64,000 bases of DNA from assembly GCA_016181895.1 (NCBI GenBank), contig JACOYL010000008.1, positions 8,192-72,191 on the forward strand, read 5' to 3'. Origin of the DNA: Candidatus Pacearchaeota archaeon (lineage in GTDB: Archaea; Nanobdellota; Nanobdellia; Pacearchaeales; GW2011-AR1). The translations under genes were made by a program, and so were the position numbers. Shown one piece after another: positions 28,277 through 37,811 of the stretch. Numbering within the stretch: the stretch's first letter is position 1; the number at the start of each line of letters is the position of its first letter. The notes beneath the pieces were generated by a model, which searched no databases, had not been told where the DNA came from, and worked only from the letters and a program-made list of their open reading frames with translations.

Positions 28277-29236
28277 TTAAAATTCGGTTGGGAATTTGTA
28301 TGCTCTTTCAAGGGACGTGTCATGTATCATTATTGATAGTCCATCACGATTAAGTCTATCCACAGTTTCTCTAACATCTAATTTCTCACCAGTTATTTTT
28401 TCATAACCCCACATCAATCCAACCAAACTTTCATCTAGCAAAGGGATATCTTGAGGACTCTCTGGTCTGTATCCTACAAGGTCAGCTTGTGACAATTGTG
28501 ACAATTTTCCTTGATTATGAATTAACTCCTTAACATTTTCAAATGGAACAAAAACAAATTCTTTCCCTTTCAACAACTTCAAATCTTTTTGTTCTGCATT
28601 TATTTTTCCAGTGGTTGAGAAATACATCTCAAGTGTTCTCCATCCTGCCCCTAAAAAATCTTGAGCCAAATCATAATTGACCTGTTCTGGAGACAATCCG
28701 AAAGTTTCAGCAATTTCATTTTTTCGTGAATTTAGTTGAGTTTCTAAACTAAATAGTCTTGGGTCATGAGCATATTCCTCATCTTCAGGATTACTTTCCT
28801 CTGAAAGAAAATTTCTGGAAGCCATGTAACCGCATGGTTCATGAATTAATGTATTAGGATAATGAACATTTGGCGGCCTCCTTTGAAAAATAATTTTTGC
28901 GTCTTTCGTTGTGGTTAAAAATCCTACCGACAAAGAGTTGATGCATCGTTGTTTGGGGGCAAAATCCTTTCCTTCTTCAATTGAAGTAATCACGCCATTT
29001 ATAACATGGTATCTCATTGCCCCAGCATCTACTTTAACACTATCATCAGAAAAAGAAACTTTATCAGCAAAAGCCACCCATGAACTTTTCCAACCTTCTT
29101 GCGCCCTAGGAACCCATAGTTCACTACAATAATCAGAAAGCTCTCGGTTTAAAGTGACTCTTGCTTTATTATCAGTCATTATTAAATTTCTTCCACTAAA
29201 CGGATAAACATCAATCCATCTGCCTTGTCTTGTCAT
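28277..29236 (-). CDS. hypothetical protein
   Basis: 319-aa ORF with noticeably higher GC and different amino-acid usage from its neighbours. No motif recognised. Confidence 0.45.
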   Translation of the reverse strand: MTRQGRWIDVYPFSGRNLIMTDNKARVTLNRELSDYCSELWVPRAQEGWKSSWVAFADKVSFSDDSVKVDAGAMRYHVINGVITSIEEGKDFAPKQRCINSLSVGFLTTTKDAKIIFQRRPPNVHYPNTLIHEPCGYMASRNFLSEESNPEDEEYAHDPRLFSLETQLNSRKNEIAETFGLSPEQVNYDLAQDFLGAGWRTLEMYFSTTGKINAEQKDLKLLKGKEFVFVPFENVKELIHNQGKLSQLSQADLVGYRPESPQDIPLLDESLVGLMWGYEKITGEKLDVRETVDRLNRDGLSIMIHDTSLERAYKFPTEF

Positions 29237-29300
29237 TTTACATACTAAAGTAGCATGTTTTTAAGATTTTTGGTATAAAACTCTTTCTTTTTTCCCTACG

Positions 29301-30401
29301 TTAAGCTCTACTTACATAAAATTCTTTTATCTTCTCACAAATATATTTTACGTTTTCCTTTGTTACTTTAGGATTAATGGGAAGATACAAGTATCGAGGT
29401 TCTATCCAATCCATATTTGGCATATTAAGTCTTTTTCCACCGAATATACTGAAGATATCATTTCTCAAATGAACCATGTTTGTTTCAATATTATTAATTT
29501 TTAGGAATTCGGCCAGCTCATCTCTTTCCTCTACTAAGATTCCAAATAACCAATATGATCCCCCCACTATGGTTAAAACTTTATGTAGTGGCTCAAGATT
29601 TTTTAAGTATTCTTCCGCCAACTCTCTTCTATATTCTATAACTTCATCTAAATTTGGAAGAGCCGCTAAACCAAAGCACGCATCAATATCGGTCGGCTGG
29701 TATTTATGGCCTGCCTCCTCAATATCAAAAGTCATTTCTCTTCTCTCCCAAGCCTGATAATTCTTTCTAGCTTTCAATTCTCTATCTATACCGAACCATC
29801 TTAAACGTTTTGCCCGATTATATTCCTCTTCATTTTTCAAACACAACATTCCCCCATCGCAAGTGGTGATATGTTTAATGGCCTGAAAAGAATAACAAAT
29901 ATAATCTCCTTCTAACTTTGTCGGCTCATGATGCTGGGCAGCATCGACGATTATCAAAATGTTATTTTTTTTTGCTACTTCAAATATCTTTCTGTTTACA
30001 TGGATACCTCCAAGATGAACAGCAACCACAGCTTTAGTCTTAGGGGTAATTTTTTTTTCAAAGTCTTCTGGGTCTAGATTAAAAGTCTCTCTCTCTATGT
30101 CCGCAAAAACAATCTTCACCCCCCTTCTCATTAGCCCTGTTTGTCCGGCAGTGCAATTCAAAATTGGAACAATAACTTCATCTCCTTCTTTTAATCCAAT
30201 CAGATGATAAGCCAACTCAAGAGCCGAAGTTCCAGAATTAACAAAGAGATTATATTGGTATCCAAATTTTTTTCCAAATTCTTTTTCAAATTTATCCACC
30301 TTTGGACCTTGACCTAACCAACGACTATTAAGAGTGTCTTTAATTTCCTCAAGTATTCCTTCATTTGGTATGTACGGCCAAAAAATAGGTATTATTTCCA
30401 T
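29301..30401 (-). CDS. DegT/DnrJ/EryC1/StrS-family PLP-dependent sugar aminotransferase
   Basis: MEIIPIFWPYIPNEG start, and a GTSALELA with SFQAIKHITTCDGGML segment containing the PLP lysine. Confidence 0.8.
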   Translation of the reverse strand: MEIIPIFWPYIPNEGILEEIKDTLNSRWLGQGPKVDKFEKEFGKKFGYQYNLFVNSGTSALELAYHLIGLKEGDEVIVPILNCTAGQTGLMRRGVKIVFADIERETFNLDPEDFEKKITPKTKAVVAVHLGGIHVNRKIFEVAKKNNILIIVDAAQHHEPTKLEGDYICYSFQAIKHITTCDGGMLCLKNEEEYNRAKRLRWFGIDRELKARKNYQAWERREMTFDIEEAGHKYQPTDIDACFGLAALPNLDEVIEYRRELAEEYLKNLEPLHKVLTIVGGSYWLFGILVEERDELAEFLKINNIETNMVHLRNDIFSIFGGKRLNMPNMDWIEPRYLYLPINPKVTKENVKYICEKIKEFYVSRA

Positions 30402-30587
30402 ATTAATAATTAATTTGATTGTGAGACTTATCTTGGAAATCAAAAATGGAAATCTCCTCCCCTAATTTTTTTATCTTAAGAAATTTTAAAGACATTTCGA
30501 TAGCAATAAAAAATGATATTTAAACTTTATGAATAAAAACAACATTAAATAAATTAAGTTTTAGAACAGGCTAAAAATTTAATGGAT

Positions 30588-31445
30588 TTAAATAATTTTC
30601 TTCTTTTGCTCTTCAAGAACTTCTGTATTTCTTTTGCTTTCCTTATCAAAGAAAAAACCTTCCCAAAAACCAAAGACGTTGATTACATGATTTATTGCCC
30701 CCACAGTTATTAAATAAAGTGGAAGCCATTTTAAGTGTGTTTCTATTGGATACCTATAAAGAATTGATGCAAACCCAAAAAATGGCAGTGCCCTAATTAC
30801 TCTTTGCCAAAAAGCACCATTCTCCAATCCATATTTCTTAATCACTTTCCCATTACTTTTTGAATAATCATACAAAGTGGTAACTATTTTTCTGAAGTCA
30901 GGATATTTATGTAGATGATAAACATTAGTATTAGAACGAACTATTTTTCCCATTCTTCTTAAATTTAGGTAAAGGTCCATTTCTATAGCTATCACTTTCG
31001 GATCTTCATTAAACAATCCGGCTTTTTCCAAATCTTTTTTTCTAAATGCACAGCTCCTTGCATCCAAATCTGGTTTTCTTATTCTCCTGTCTGGAATCGT
31101 CAAAAGCCTTACTAAAAATGGATATTTTCCCCAATACCATTCCGGAAGAAGTAAATCAGAAACAACAGCAATAACTTTTTTATCTTTTAATAATGGTTTG
31201 GTAAGTTTTTCTAGCCATTTCTCGTCAGAAGGTAAACAATCCTGTGAAAGTGTAACAATAATTTCACCTTTTGCTTTTCTGATTCCGATGTTTGTTGACT
31301 TTGCTTCAGGCATATTCCAATTTTCAATCACTTCTGCTTTTATAGTCTGTTTCTTTATCATTTCCTTAATTTTTTTAAAAACTTCTTCTTCTGGTTTATA
31401 AACGGGAATGATAATGCTCACAATAGGGTACTTTGATTTTGACAT
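30588..31445 (-). CDS. GT2-like glycosyltransferase with C-terminal membrane region
   Basis: IVSIIIPVYKPEEE...IIVTLSQDCLP, followed by a hydrophobic C-terminus. Confidence 0.55.
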   Translation of the reverse strand: MSKSKYPIVSIIIPVYKPEEEVFKKIKEMIKKQTIKAEVIENWNMPEAKSTNIGIRKAKGEIIVTLSQDCLPSDEKWLEKLTKPLLKDKKVIAVVSDLLLPEWYWGKYPFLVRLLTIPDRRIRKPDLDARSCAFRKKDLEKAGLFNEDPKVIAIEMDLYLNLRRMGKIVRSNTNVYHLHKYPDFRKIVTTLYDYSKSNGKVIKKYGLENGAFWQRVIRALPFFGFASILYRYPIETHLKWLPLYLITVGAINHVINVFGFWEGFFFDKESKRNTEVLEEQKKKII

Positions 31446-31659
31446 TGATGTAAAATCTAATCATAAATTTATAAAGATTCTGTAAAAAAAGATTTATAAT
31501 TTTATACTGAAAAAAGAATACATAAGCTTTTAAAAGGTTGGGATAAAAGATAATCTATGGAAAAAAAAGAGGATACAAAAGAAAGGGGTTTTTTTGAAGA
31601 GGATGAAGAAATTTTAAGTGAGGGGGATGAAGAAAAATTAAAGGAAAAATTAAGATATT

Positions 31660-32934
31660 ATGGGTATATATAATATGAAGCCAAACATTGTAATGGTAAT
31701 TGTTGATGGTTTGAGACCGAAAGATCTTAGTTTATACGGATATTCTTATGAAACAGATAAAAACATAAAAAAAATTGCTTCTGAATCAATAGTATTCAGG
31801 AAAAATTTTTCTGCGGCGAACGCGTCGGATGTTTCATTAACCGCTGTTTTTTCCGGACAATACCCAAAAACAAACGGTTTTATTCATCAAACCCCAAATA
31901 CCGGAAAGGAAGAAATAGAAAAATTGAGCAGAAATAAATTTTGGCTTCCATTACACCTTCAAAATATGGGTTACAATACTATTTCTTTAACTCCACAATA
32001 CATGTGGTTTAAAAAAGGATTTGATTATTATATAAACAAAGAAATTAGGGGAAGTGGAAAATACCTAAATATTCCTTTGATAAAAAGCGTATTATTAAAA
32101 CTTCCTAATTGGGTGTATAAACTTGGGAAAAAAATAGTTAAAGTAAGAGCATCACCCCCATTTTTTTTTAGTAGGGATATTATTGATTCGGCCATTCTAA
32201 AAATAGATAAAATTGAAAAACCTTTTTTCTTGTTTATGCATTTTGTAGATACTCATTGTCCTTATGCGGGAGTCAAACCAAAAAAAATAAATGGAAAAAA
32301 TACTATCCAAAAAATTTTACTTGGAATTGAATATAGTCAACAAAAAGAATATATAAAAAAAAGATTCTATGATTCTTCAACAAATAATCTTGAACAAATT
32401 AAGCAAAAATTGGATGACTCCATAATATATACTGACAAACAAATAGGGAGGTTATATAATTTTTTAAAAAAAAGAAGATTGTGGAAAAATACAATTTTTT
32501 TAATACTCTCTGACCATGGAGATAATTTTGGTGAACACAAAATATATTTTTGTCGTGGTGGGCTTTATGATTCTTCAATACACACACCATTAATAATGTA
32601 TTTACCCGGGATAAAGCATAAAATAATTTCAGAAATTACATCTAGTGTAGACATTGCTCCAACAATTTTAGAATTTTTGAAAGAAGAGGAAATTAAAGTA
32701 GATGGTAAGTCTTTATTACCTTTAATAAAAAAAGGGGAGAAAATCAGAAATAAAGTTGTTGTAGTAGATGGTTTTTTTAAAAATAGAACTGCTGTAAGAA
32801 CTGAAACAAAAAAGATAATAATCTCAGACGGAGAAAAATGTTACCTTTGTGGAGCTCAGCATGGCATGGGAAGAGAAGAATATGATTTGGAAAAAGACCC
32901 AGAGGAATTAAGGAATTTATATTTTAAGGAATAA
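31660..32934 (+). CDS. alkaline-phosphatase-superfamily enzyme (NPP/sulfatase-like)
   Basis: IVMVIVDGLRPKDL, SDVSLTAVFSGQYP (nucleophile region) and LSDHGDNFGEH segments. Confidence 0.6.
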   Translation: MGIYNMKPNIVMVIVDGLRPKDLSLYGYSYETDKNIKKIASESIVFRKNFSAANASDVSLTAVFSGQYPKTNGFIHQTPNTGKEEIEKLSRNKFWLPLHLQNMGYNTISLTPQYMWFKKGFDYYINKEIRGSGKYLNIPLIKSVLLKLPNWVYKLGKKIVKVRASPPFFFSRDIIDSAILKIDKIEKPFFLFMHFVDTHCPYAGVKPKKINGKNTIQKILLGIEYSQQKEYIKKRFYDSSTNNLEQIKQKLDDSIIYTDKQIGRLYNFLKKRRLWKNTIFLILSDHGDNFGEHKIYFCRGGLYDSSIHTPLIMYLPGIKHKIISEITSSVDIAPTILEFLKEEEIKVDGKSLLPLIKKGEKIRNKVVVVDGFFKNRTAVRTETKKIIISDGEKCYLCGAQHGMGREEYDLEKDPEELRNLYFKE

Positions 32935-32961
32935 TCATCAATAAATAATACTACTTTAATA

Positions 32962-34761
32962 TTGAAAATGAAGGTAATAATACTTGCTGCTGGAATTGGA
33001 AACAGATTAGCTGAAATTAATAAAATAATTCCAAAATGCTTAATTGAAATAGGAGAAAAAACTCTTTTAGAGAGACAATTAGGACTACTTAATGAATGTG
33101 GAATCAAAGAGGAAGATGTTTATGTAGTAATAGGCGGAAATGGAGAAGTTTGGAATAATGAAAATAAGAATAAAATAAAAAAAATACATAAAAATATTAT
33201 AATAAATGAAAAAAATATAGAGTTAAGCAGCACATATTCTTTATGGTTAGGAGTCAAAGATATTAATGAGGATATTTTATGTTTAGATGGAGATCTCTTA
33301 TTTAATAAAGAGGCTATAAATAAGGTTATTGATAGCGAATATGATTCTGCGATATTAACAAAAAAGGGAGAGGGTTTTAAAAATGGCAACAGAGTTTTAG
33401 TAAAAAAAGATAGGGTTCTTGGAATAAGCCCGAATATCCTATCAGATAGAATACATTCAGGGGTAGTTAAATTTGGAAAAGAATTTCTTAAAGCTTTTAA
33501 GAAAGAATGCATATCTGAAAAATACTTCAATACAACTTTGAATGCGCCAATCCACAATCTGTGTATAGATAATTTTATTTATAACATTAATTTAGACGAT
33601 AATAATGATGAGGATTTGATTTTTTTAAATGGTGGATCTCATGCAATAACCAAAGAAATAATATCTTTTAATGATAAAAATTTAAAGGGAGATAATTTTG
33701 AAAAAATTATAAGAAAAGAAGCAATTGAAGGTAAGGAAAAACTTATTAATGAAGTGCAATGGATACTAAATCTTCCTGAAGATATTAAAAAACATTTTCC
33801 TAAAATAATAAAATATGATTTTAAAACAGATCCGGTTTATGTTGAAATGGAGAAGTATCCAATGAAAACATTAAGGAGATTATTAATGAAAGGAGAAATT
33901 ACATCAAACGAAGCGCTTGAAATATTAGAAAATGTTTTTGATTTTATGTTCAATAAAGTATACCCTAAAAGCATAAAACCAACACCCAAGGAATTGATTA
34001 ATAATATTTATTTTAGGCGAATTAATGACAGACTAGAAGAAGTAAAAAGAAAAGCCGCGATATTTAATGATATAATTGATGGAGAAGAAATCATAATAAA
34101 TGGGAAAAAATTTCCAAATATTAAAAAAACTTTTGACGAATTAAAGGAAAATAGGGAACTAATTAAAATATTAAGTCTACCAACCGTGGGTTTGATTCAT
34201 GGTGATCTTCATTTTGACAATATTCTTGTTGATAAAAAAGATTTTTCAAAATTTGTTTTAATTGACCCTAGAGGCAAGATGTATGGTAGTGATGTTGAAG
34301 GGGATTATGCTTACGATTTAGGAAAAATATGGCATTCTTTAAACGGCCTTTATGATTTTCTACATGATGGAAAATTTGATTTAGAGATAAAAATTAAAAA
34401 TAAAACTATTTACGCTAATTTTAGTATATTTGAAGATGATTCATTAAAAGAGTACAAAAAAATATTTTCTAATATTCAAAGCCTACTTTACAGGTATGAT
34501 ATGATAAAAAAAGATCCCTACTGGATTACTAGAACAAAATTTAATGAGGTGGTTCATTTTTGCAGTATGATCCCTTTTCATATTAAGGGAGACGGCAAAG
34601 AAAATCTTGCATTGGCTCTTTATTTAAGGGGGGTAATGTTACTAAACAATTTCTTGAGTGAATTAGAATTCCATCCTATAAAACCAGAAATGATTAATAT
34701 GAATACGCCCCAAGATTATTTTGAAGCAAAAAGAATTTTTGAGGAAAAGAACAGAACATAA
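32962..34761 (+). CDS. bifunctional sugar/alcohol-phosphate nucleotidyltransferase and APH/choline-kinase-like phosphotransferase (LicC-LicA-like fusion)
   Basis: The N-terminus MKVIILAAGIGNRLAEINKIIPKCLIEIGEKTLLERQL is an NTP_transferase domain. The C-terminal half carries HGDLHFDNILVD (the Brenner HGDxxxxN motif) and a downstream D of protein-kinase-like phosphotransferases. Confidence 0.65.
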   Translation: MKMKVIILAAGIGNRLAEINKIIPKCLIEIGEKTLLERQLGLLNECGIKEEDVYVVIGGNGEVWNNENKNKIKKIHKNIIINEKNIELSSTYSLWLGVKDINEDILCLDGDLLFNKEAINKVIDSEYDSAILTKKGEGFKNGNRVLVKKDRVLGISPNILSDRIHSGVVKFGKEFLKAFKKECISEKYFNTTLNAPIHNLCIDNFIYNINLDDNNDEDLIFLNGGSHAITKEIISFNDKNLKGDNFEKIIRKEAIEGKEKLINEVQWILNLPEDIKKHFPKIIKYDFKTDPVYVEMEKYPMKTLRRLLMKGEITSNEALEILENVFDFMFNKVYPKSIKPTPKELINNIYFRRINDRLEEVKRKAAIFNDIIDGEEIIINGKKFPNIKKTFDELKENRELIKILSLPTVGLIHGDLHFDNILVDKKDFSKFVLIDPRGKMYGSDVEGDYAYDLGKIWHSLNGLYDFLHDGKFDLEIKIKNKTIYANFSIFEDDSLKEYKKIFSNIQSLLYRYDMIKKDPYWITRTKFNEVVHFCSMIPFHIKGDGKENLALALYLRGVMLLNNFLSELEFHPIKPEMINMNTPQDYFEAKRIFEEKNRT

Positions 34762-34821
34762 GATAAATTATATCAGGCATATTTTTAAATAGGGGTTATT
34801 TATTAATTTTAACAAAATAAA

Positions 34822-35169
34822 ATGAAAATAATAAGAAGAGAAGGAATAAAAGATAAAAATAGAGGGGGTTATCATGTTAAAGAACTTGGCACATTATTAT
34901 TACATGCTTGTGTAAATGACGGGATTTTATTTGAAACACAACTTCCAAAGGGTAATGACTTCAAAGAACAATGGCATGAACAATCTACTGAAATGGTGTA
35001 TTTTCTTGACAGAGGAATCGTAATAGTTAATGGAGACAAGTATGAACTGCAAAGAGGGGATATTCTTATATTGGAACCTAAAGAAAGACATAAAATAATT
35101 GCAGAATACAACAATGTTACAATGCTTGCTATAAGATTCCCAAATTTACCAGATGATAAATATACTTAA
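34822..35169 (+). CDS. cupin-domain protein (sugar isomerase/epimerase-like)
   Basis: 115 aa. The GDILILEPKERHKIIA beta-strand motif is conserved with the paralog at 37408..37764. Confidence 0.55.
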   Translation: MKIIRREGIKDKNRGGYHVKELGTLLLHACVNDGILFETQLPKGNDFKEQWHEQSTEMVYFLDRGIVIVNGDKYELQRGDILILEPKERHKIIAEYNNVTMLAIRFPNLPDDKYT

Positions 35170-35171
35170 AA

Positions 35172-36023
35172 ATGGAGATATTAATAACAGGAATAGATGG
35201 ATTTCTTGGAAAAAAATTATTCGATATTCTTAAAAAGAAATATGATGTTTTTGGCATAAGCAGAAGAAATGCAGGAGAAAATATTTTTCTTGCAGATATA
35301 TCAGAAAAAAATAGTATTGAAAAAGTTATAGAAAGTGTTAACCCAGACGTGTTAGTGCATTCTGCAGCATTAGTTGATGTTGAAACATGTGAGATTGAAA
35401 AAACAATCGCATATAAAACTAATGCTGAAGCAATGAAGATAATTGCCCAAATTTGTCAAAAAAAAAGAATAAAACTAGTTTATTTTTCTAGTGATTATGT
35501 TTTTGATGGAAATCCCGAGGTGGTTTATGAAATTGACTCTCCAAGAAATCCGATAAACTATTATGGTATTACAAAAAAGGCAGGAGAAGATTTTATTTTC
35601 AGATTAGTACAAAATCATCTAATAGTAAGACCAACAATTTTATATGGATTTAACAACATTAAAGATAGAAAAAATTTTGTAAAAGAGATTATAAAAAAAT
35701 TGGAAAGAGGGAGTACTATAGAGTTGGATGACCAAAGAAAAAAGTATCCTTTATTAATTGATGATGTCGCCCATGGATTAGTCAGATTAATCAACACCGA
35801 TAGCCGGGGGGTGTTCCATATGTCTGGTCCGGATGAAGTCACAAAATTCCAATTTGGTAAAATTGTAGCTAAAGTTTTTAGTTTGGATGAGGAATTAATT
35901 GTCGGTAAGGATTTAAGAGAAACTAACAGACCTTACAAAATAAGATTTTCAGATGAAAGTATGATGGGAATGCATAAATTAATTGAAGGGCTAGAAATTG
36001 TAAGAAGCCAAATGAACCTATAA
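35172..36023 (+). CDS. NAD(P)-dependent sugar reductase/epimerase (dTDP-4-dehydrorhamnose reductase RfbD-like)
   Basis: MEILITGIDGFLGKKL, YGITKKAGE (YxxxK) and a length of about 280 aa. Confidence 0.6.
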   Translation: MEILITGIDGFLGKKLFDILKKKYDVFGISRRNAGENIFLADISEKNSIEKVIESVNPDVLVHSAALVDVETCEIEKTIAYKTNAEAMKIIAQICQKKRIKLVYFSSDYVFDGNPEVVYEIDSPRNPINYYGITKKAGEDFIFRLVQNHLIVRPTILYGFNNIKDRKNFVKEIIKKLERGSTIELDDQRKKYPLLIDDVAHGLVRLINTDSRGVFHMSGPDEVTKFQFGKIVAKVFSLDEELIVGKDLRETNRPYKIRFSDESMMGMHKLIEGLEIVRSQMNL

Positions 36024-36054
36024 AATTTATAAATGATGTTTAATGTTGTTTCTT

Positions 36055-36795
36055 ATGCTATTAAAAGAAAAAGTCGCTGTAATCAATGGGGTAGGAGACC
36101 GATTCGGGAAAGCCACAGCTTATCTTTTTGCAAGAGAAGGAGCTACAGTAGTCTTAATTTCCAGAAAATCTGATTTAATTAAAATAATAGCTGAGGATAT
36201 AATGAAACATGGTGGGAAAGCAGATTATTTAGTCATGGATACAACTAATCAAAAAGAAGTTGAAGTTGGAATGGAAAAAATATTTAAGAACTATGGAAAA
36301 ATAAATATACTTTTCAATAATGCCGGTGGTTTTTATAGTAAAAAACAGAAATTAGAAGAAATGGAGGAAAAATTTTGGAATGAAGTAATAAAAAATAATT
36401 TAAAAAGTGTTTTCTTTATGTCCAAAACTGCAATAAAATATATGAAAGATAGAGAAAGTAATTCCATAATAAATATTTCTGCAGCAGCAAAAACATTACT
36501 TGATGGAAATTCTGCTTATGCAACTGCAAAAGGGGGTTTAATCTCCCTTACAAAAAATCTCGCGCGGGAAGTGAGGAATGACAACATAAGAGTTAATTGT
36601 ATAAGGCCCGGTGTTATCAGAAATGATTATAACCAACAAAATTTGGATAACCCCAAAAAAAATGTCAAAAGGAAAGGTAATTCCGAAGATGTCGCCAATG
36701 CAGCGTTATTTTTTGCCTCAGATAATTCTTCATGGATTACAGGGCAGACATTAGTAGTTGACGGTGGAGAGGAATTATACCTGGAAATTGAATAA
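36055..36795 (+). CDS. short-chain dehydrogenase/reductase (SDR)
   Basis: VAVINGVGDRFGKATA, NNAG and YATAKGGLISLTKNLA catalytic segments. Confidence 0.75.
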   Translation: MLLKEKVAVINGVGDRFGKATAYLFAREGATVVLISRKSDLIKIIAEDIMKHGGKADYLVMDTTNQKEVEVGMEKIFKNYGKINILFNNAGGFYSKKQKLEEMEEKFWNEVIKNNLKSVFFMSKTAIKYMKDRESNSIINISAAAKTLLDGNSAYATAKGGLISLTKNLAREVRNDNIRVNCIRPGVIRNDYNQQNLDNPKKNVKRKGNSEDVANAALFFASDNSSWITGQTLVVDGGEELYLEIE

Positions 36796-36796
36796 C

Positions 36797-37411
36797 ATGG
36801 CAACTAAAAAAAATTTTGTAGTTATTATGATGGGGTATACTGGCAGTGGCAAAAGTACTATTGCTAAAATGTTAGCTGAAAAAATTGGGGCAGATGTATT
36901 TCACTCTGCCGTCATCAGAAGGGAACTGGGATACAAATTTACAAAGGAGGAAGCGGCAAACGATTTCTTTTTAATGACTTCTAAAAAAAGAGAACCAATG
37001 GACAAAGCAGTTTATAGTATTCTTTCTCAAAAGGCCAAAGATAGTTTAAGGAATAAAAAAGATGTAATTGTGGATGCGGGACATTTTTTTAAATGGCAAA
37101 GAAAAAATTTATATAGAGATTTAAGAAAATTTGCCCCAGATTTTTTTATATTGATGACAGAATGTTCTGAAAGCAATATTTTAGAGAGGTTGAAAGACAG
37201 AGAGAATAAATTTTTTGATTCAGAGTTTAATGAAACTCCTTCTGTTAAAGCATATTATTCCTCTAAAAAAGTAATTGAATTTCCAGATAATGATTTTTTT
37301 AATGGAATAGCTCCGATAATTATAAAGTATAACACCGAAACATGCACAGTAAATATTGAAAAAAAGATTAAAAATAAAAACCTCGTTAGAATTCTTAAGG
37401 TGTTAAAATGA
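36797..37411 (+). CDS. P-loop kinase (AAA_33/shikimate-gluconate-kinase-like fold)
   Basis: Walker A GYTGSGKST, and a size of about 200 aa. Start set at MATKK. Confidence 0.5.
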   Translation: MATKKNFVVIMMGYTGSGKSTIAKMLAEKIGADVFHSAVIRRELGYKFTKEEAANDFFLMTSKKREPMDKAVYSILSQKAKDSLRNKKDVIVDAGHFFKWQRKNLYRDLRKFAPDFFILMTECSESNILERLKDRENKFFDSEFNETPSVKAYYSSKKVIEFPDNDFFNGIAPIIIKYNTETCTVNIEKKIKNKNLVRILKVLK

Positions 37412-37764
37412 AGCTAATTAGGTATGTAGAATCAAAAATGCAGACTAGACCTGATGGAAGAACCGTTAGAAAGATGATTAATAAAGAACTAGGAGTAAAT
37501 TTTTCAAATATCCAGTTTTTATATGTAGTTCATCCAGAAAGATTCATGGAAAAATTGCATTCTCATGAAAGGTCCTATGAAATACTATATTTTTTAGATA
37601 AAGCAAAATATAAAATAAATGGGAAGGATTATGATATTGATGAAAAAGACATGATTATTCTTGAACCAGGAGATATTCACGGAGCTATCTTTATAGAAAA
37701 TCAGGTTAGAATACTTGTTGTGCAAGTGCCAGCGATAACTGAGGATAAAAAAATTCATGAATAA
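37408..37764 (+). CDS. cupin-domain protein, paralog of 34822..35169
   Basis: Shares ILYFLD...INGKDY...D.IILEPGDIHG with the other cupin. Confidence 0.55.
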   Translation: MKLIRYVESKMQTRPDGRTVRKMINKELGVNFSNIQFLYVVHPERFMEKLHSHERSYEILYFLDKAKYKINGKDYDIDEKDMIILEPGDIHGAIFIENQVRILVVQVPAITEDKKIHE

Positions 37765-37811
37765 TCTTATTGGATTAATAGAATTAGTATAAAGATTTTT
37801 ATTGTAAGAAT

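Noticed and set aside
31557-31673. 38-codon acidic ORF (MEKKEDTKERGFFEEDEEILSEGDEEKLKEKLRYYGYI) overlapping the start of the NPP gene at 31660
   Set aside because: It could be a leader peptide or uORF, but archaeal uORF regulation is poorly established. The sequence is low-complexity (E/K-rich), typical of AT-rich noise.
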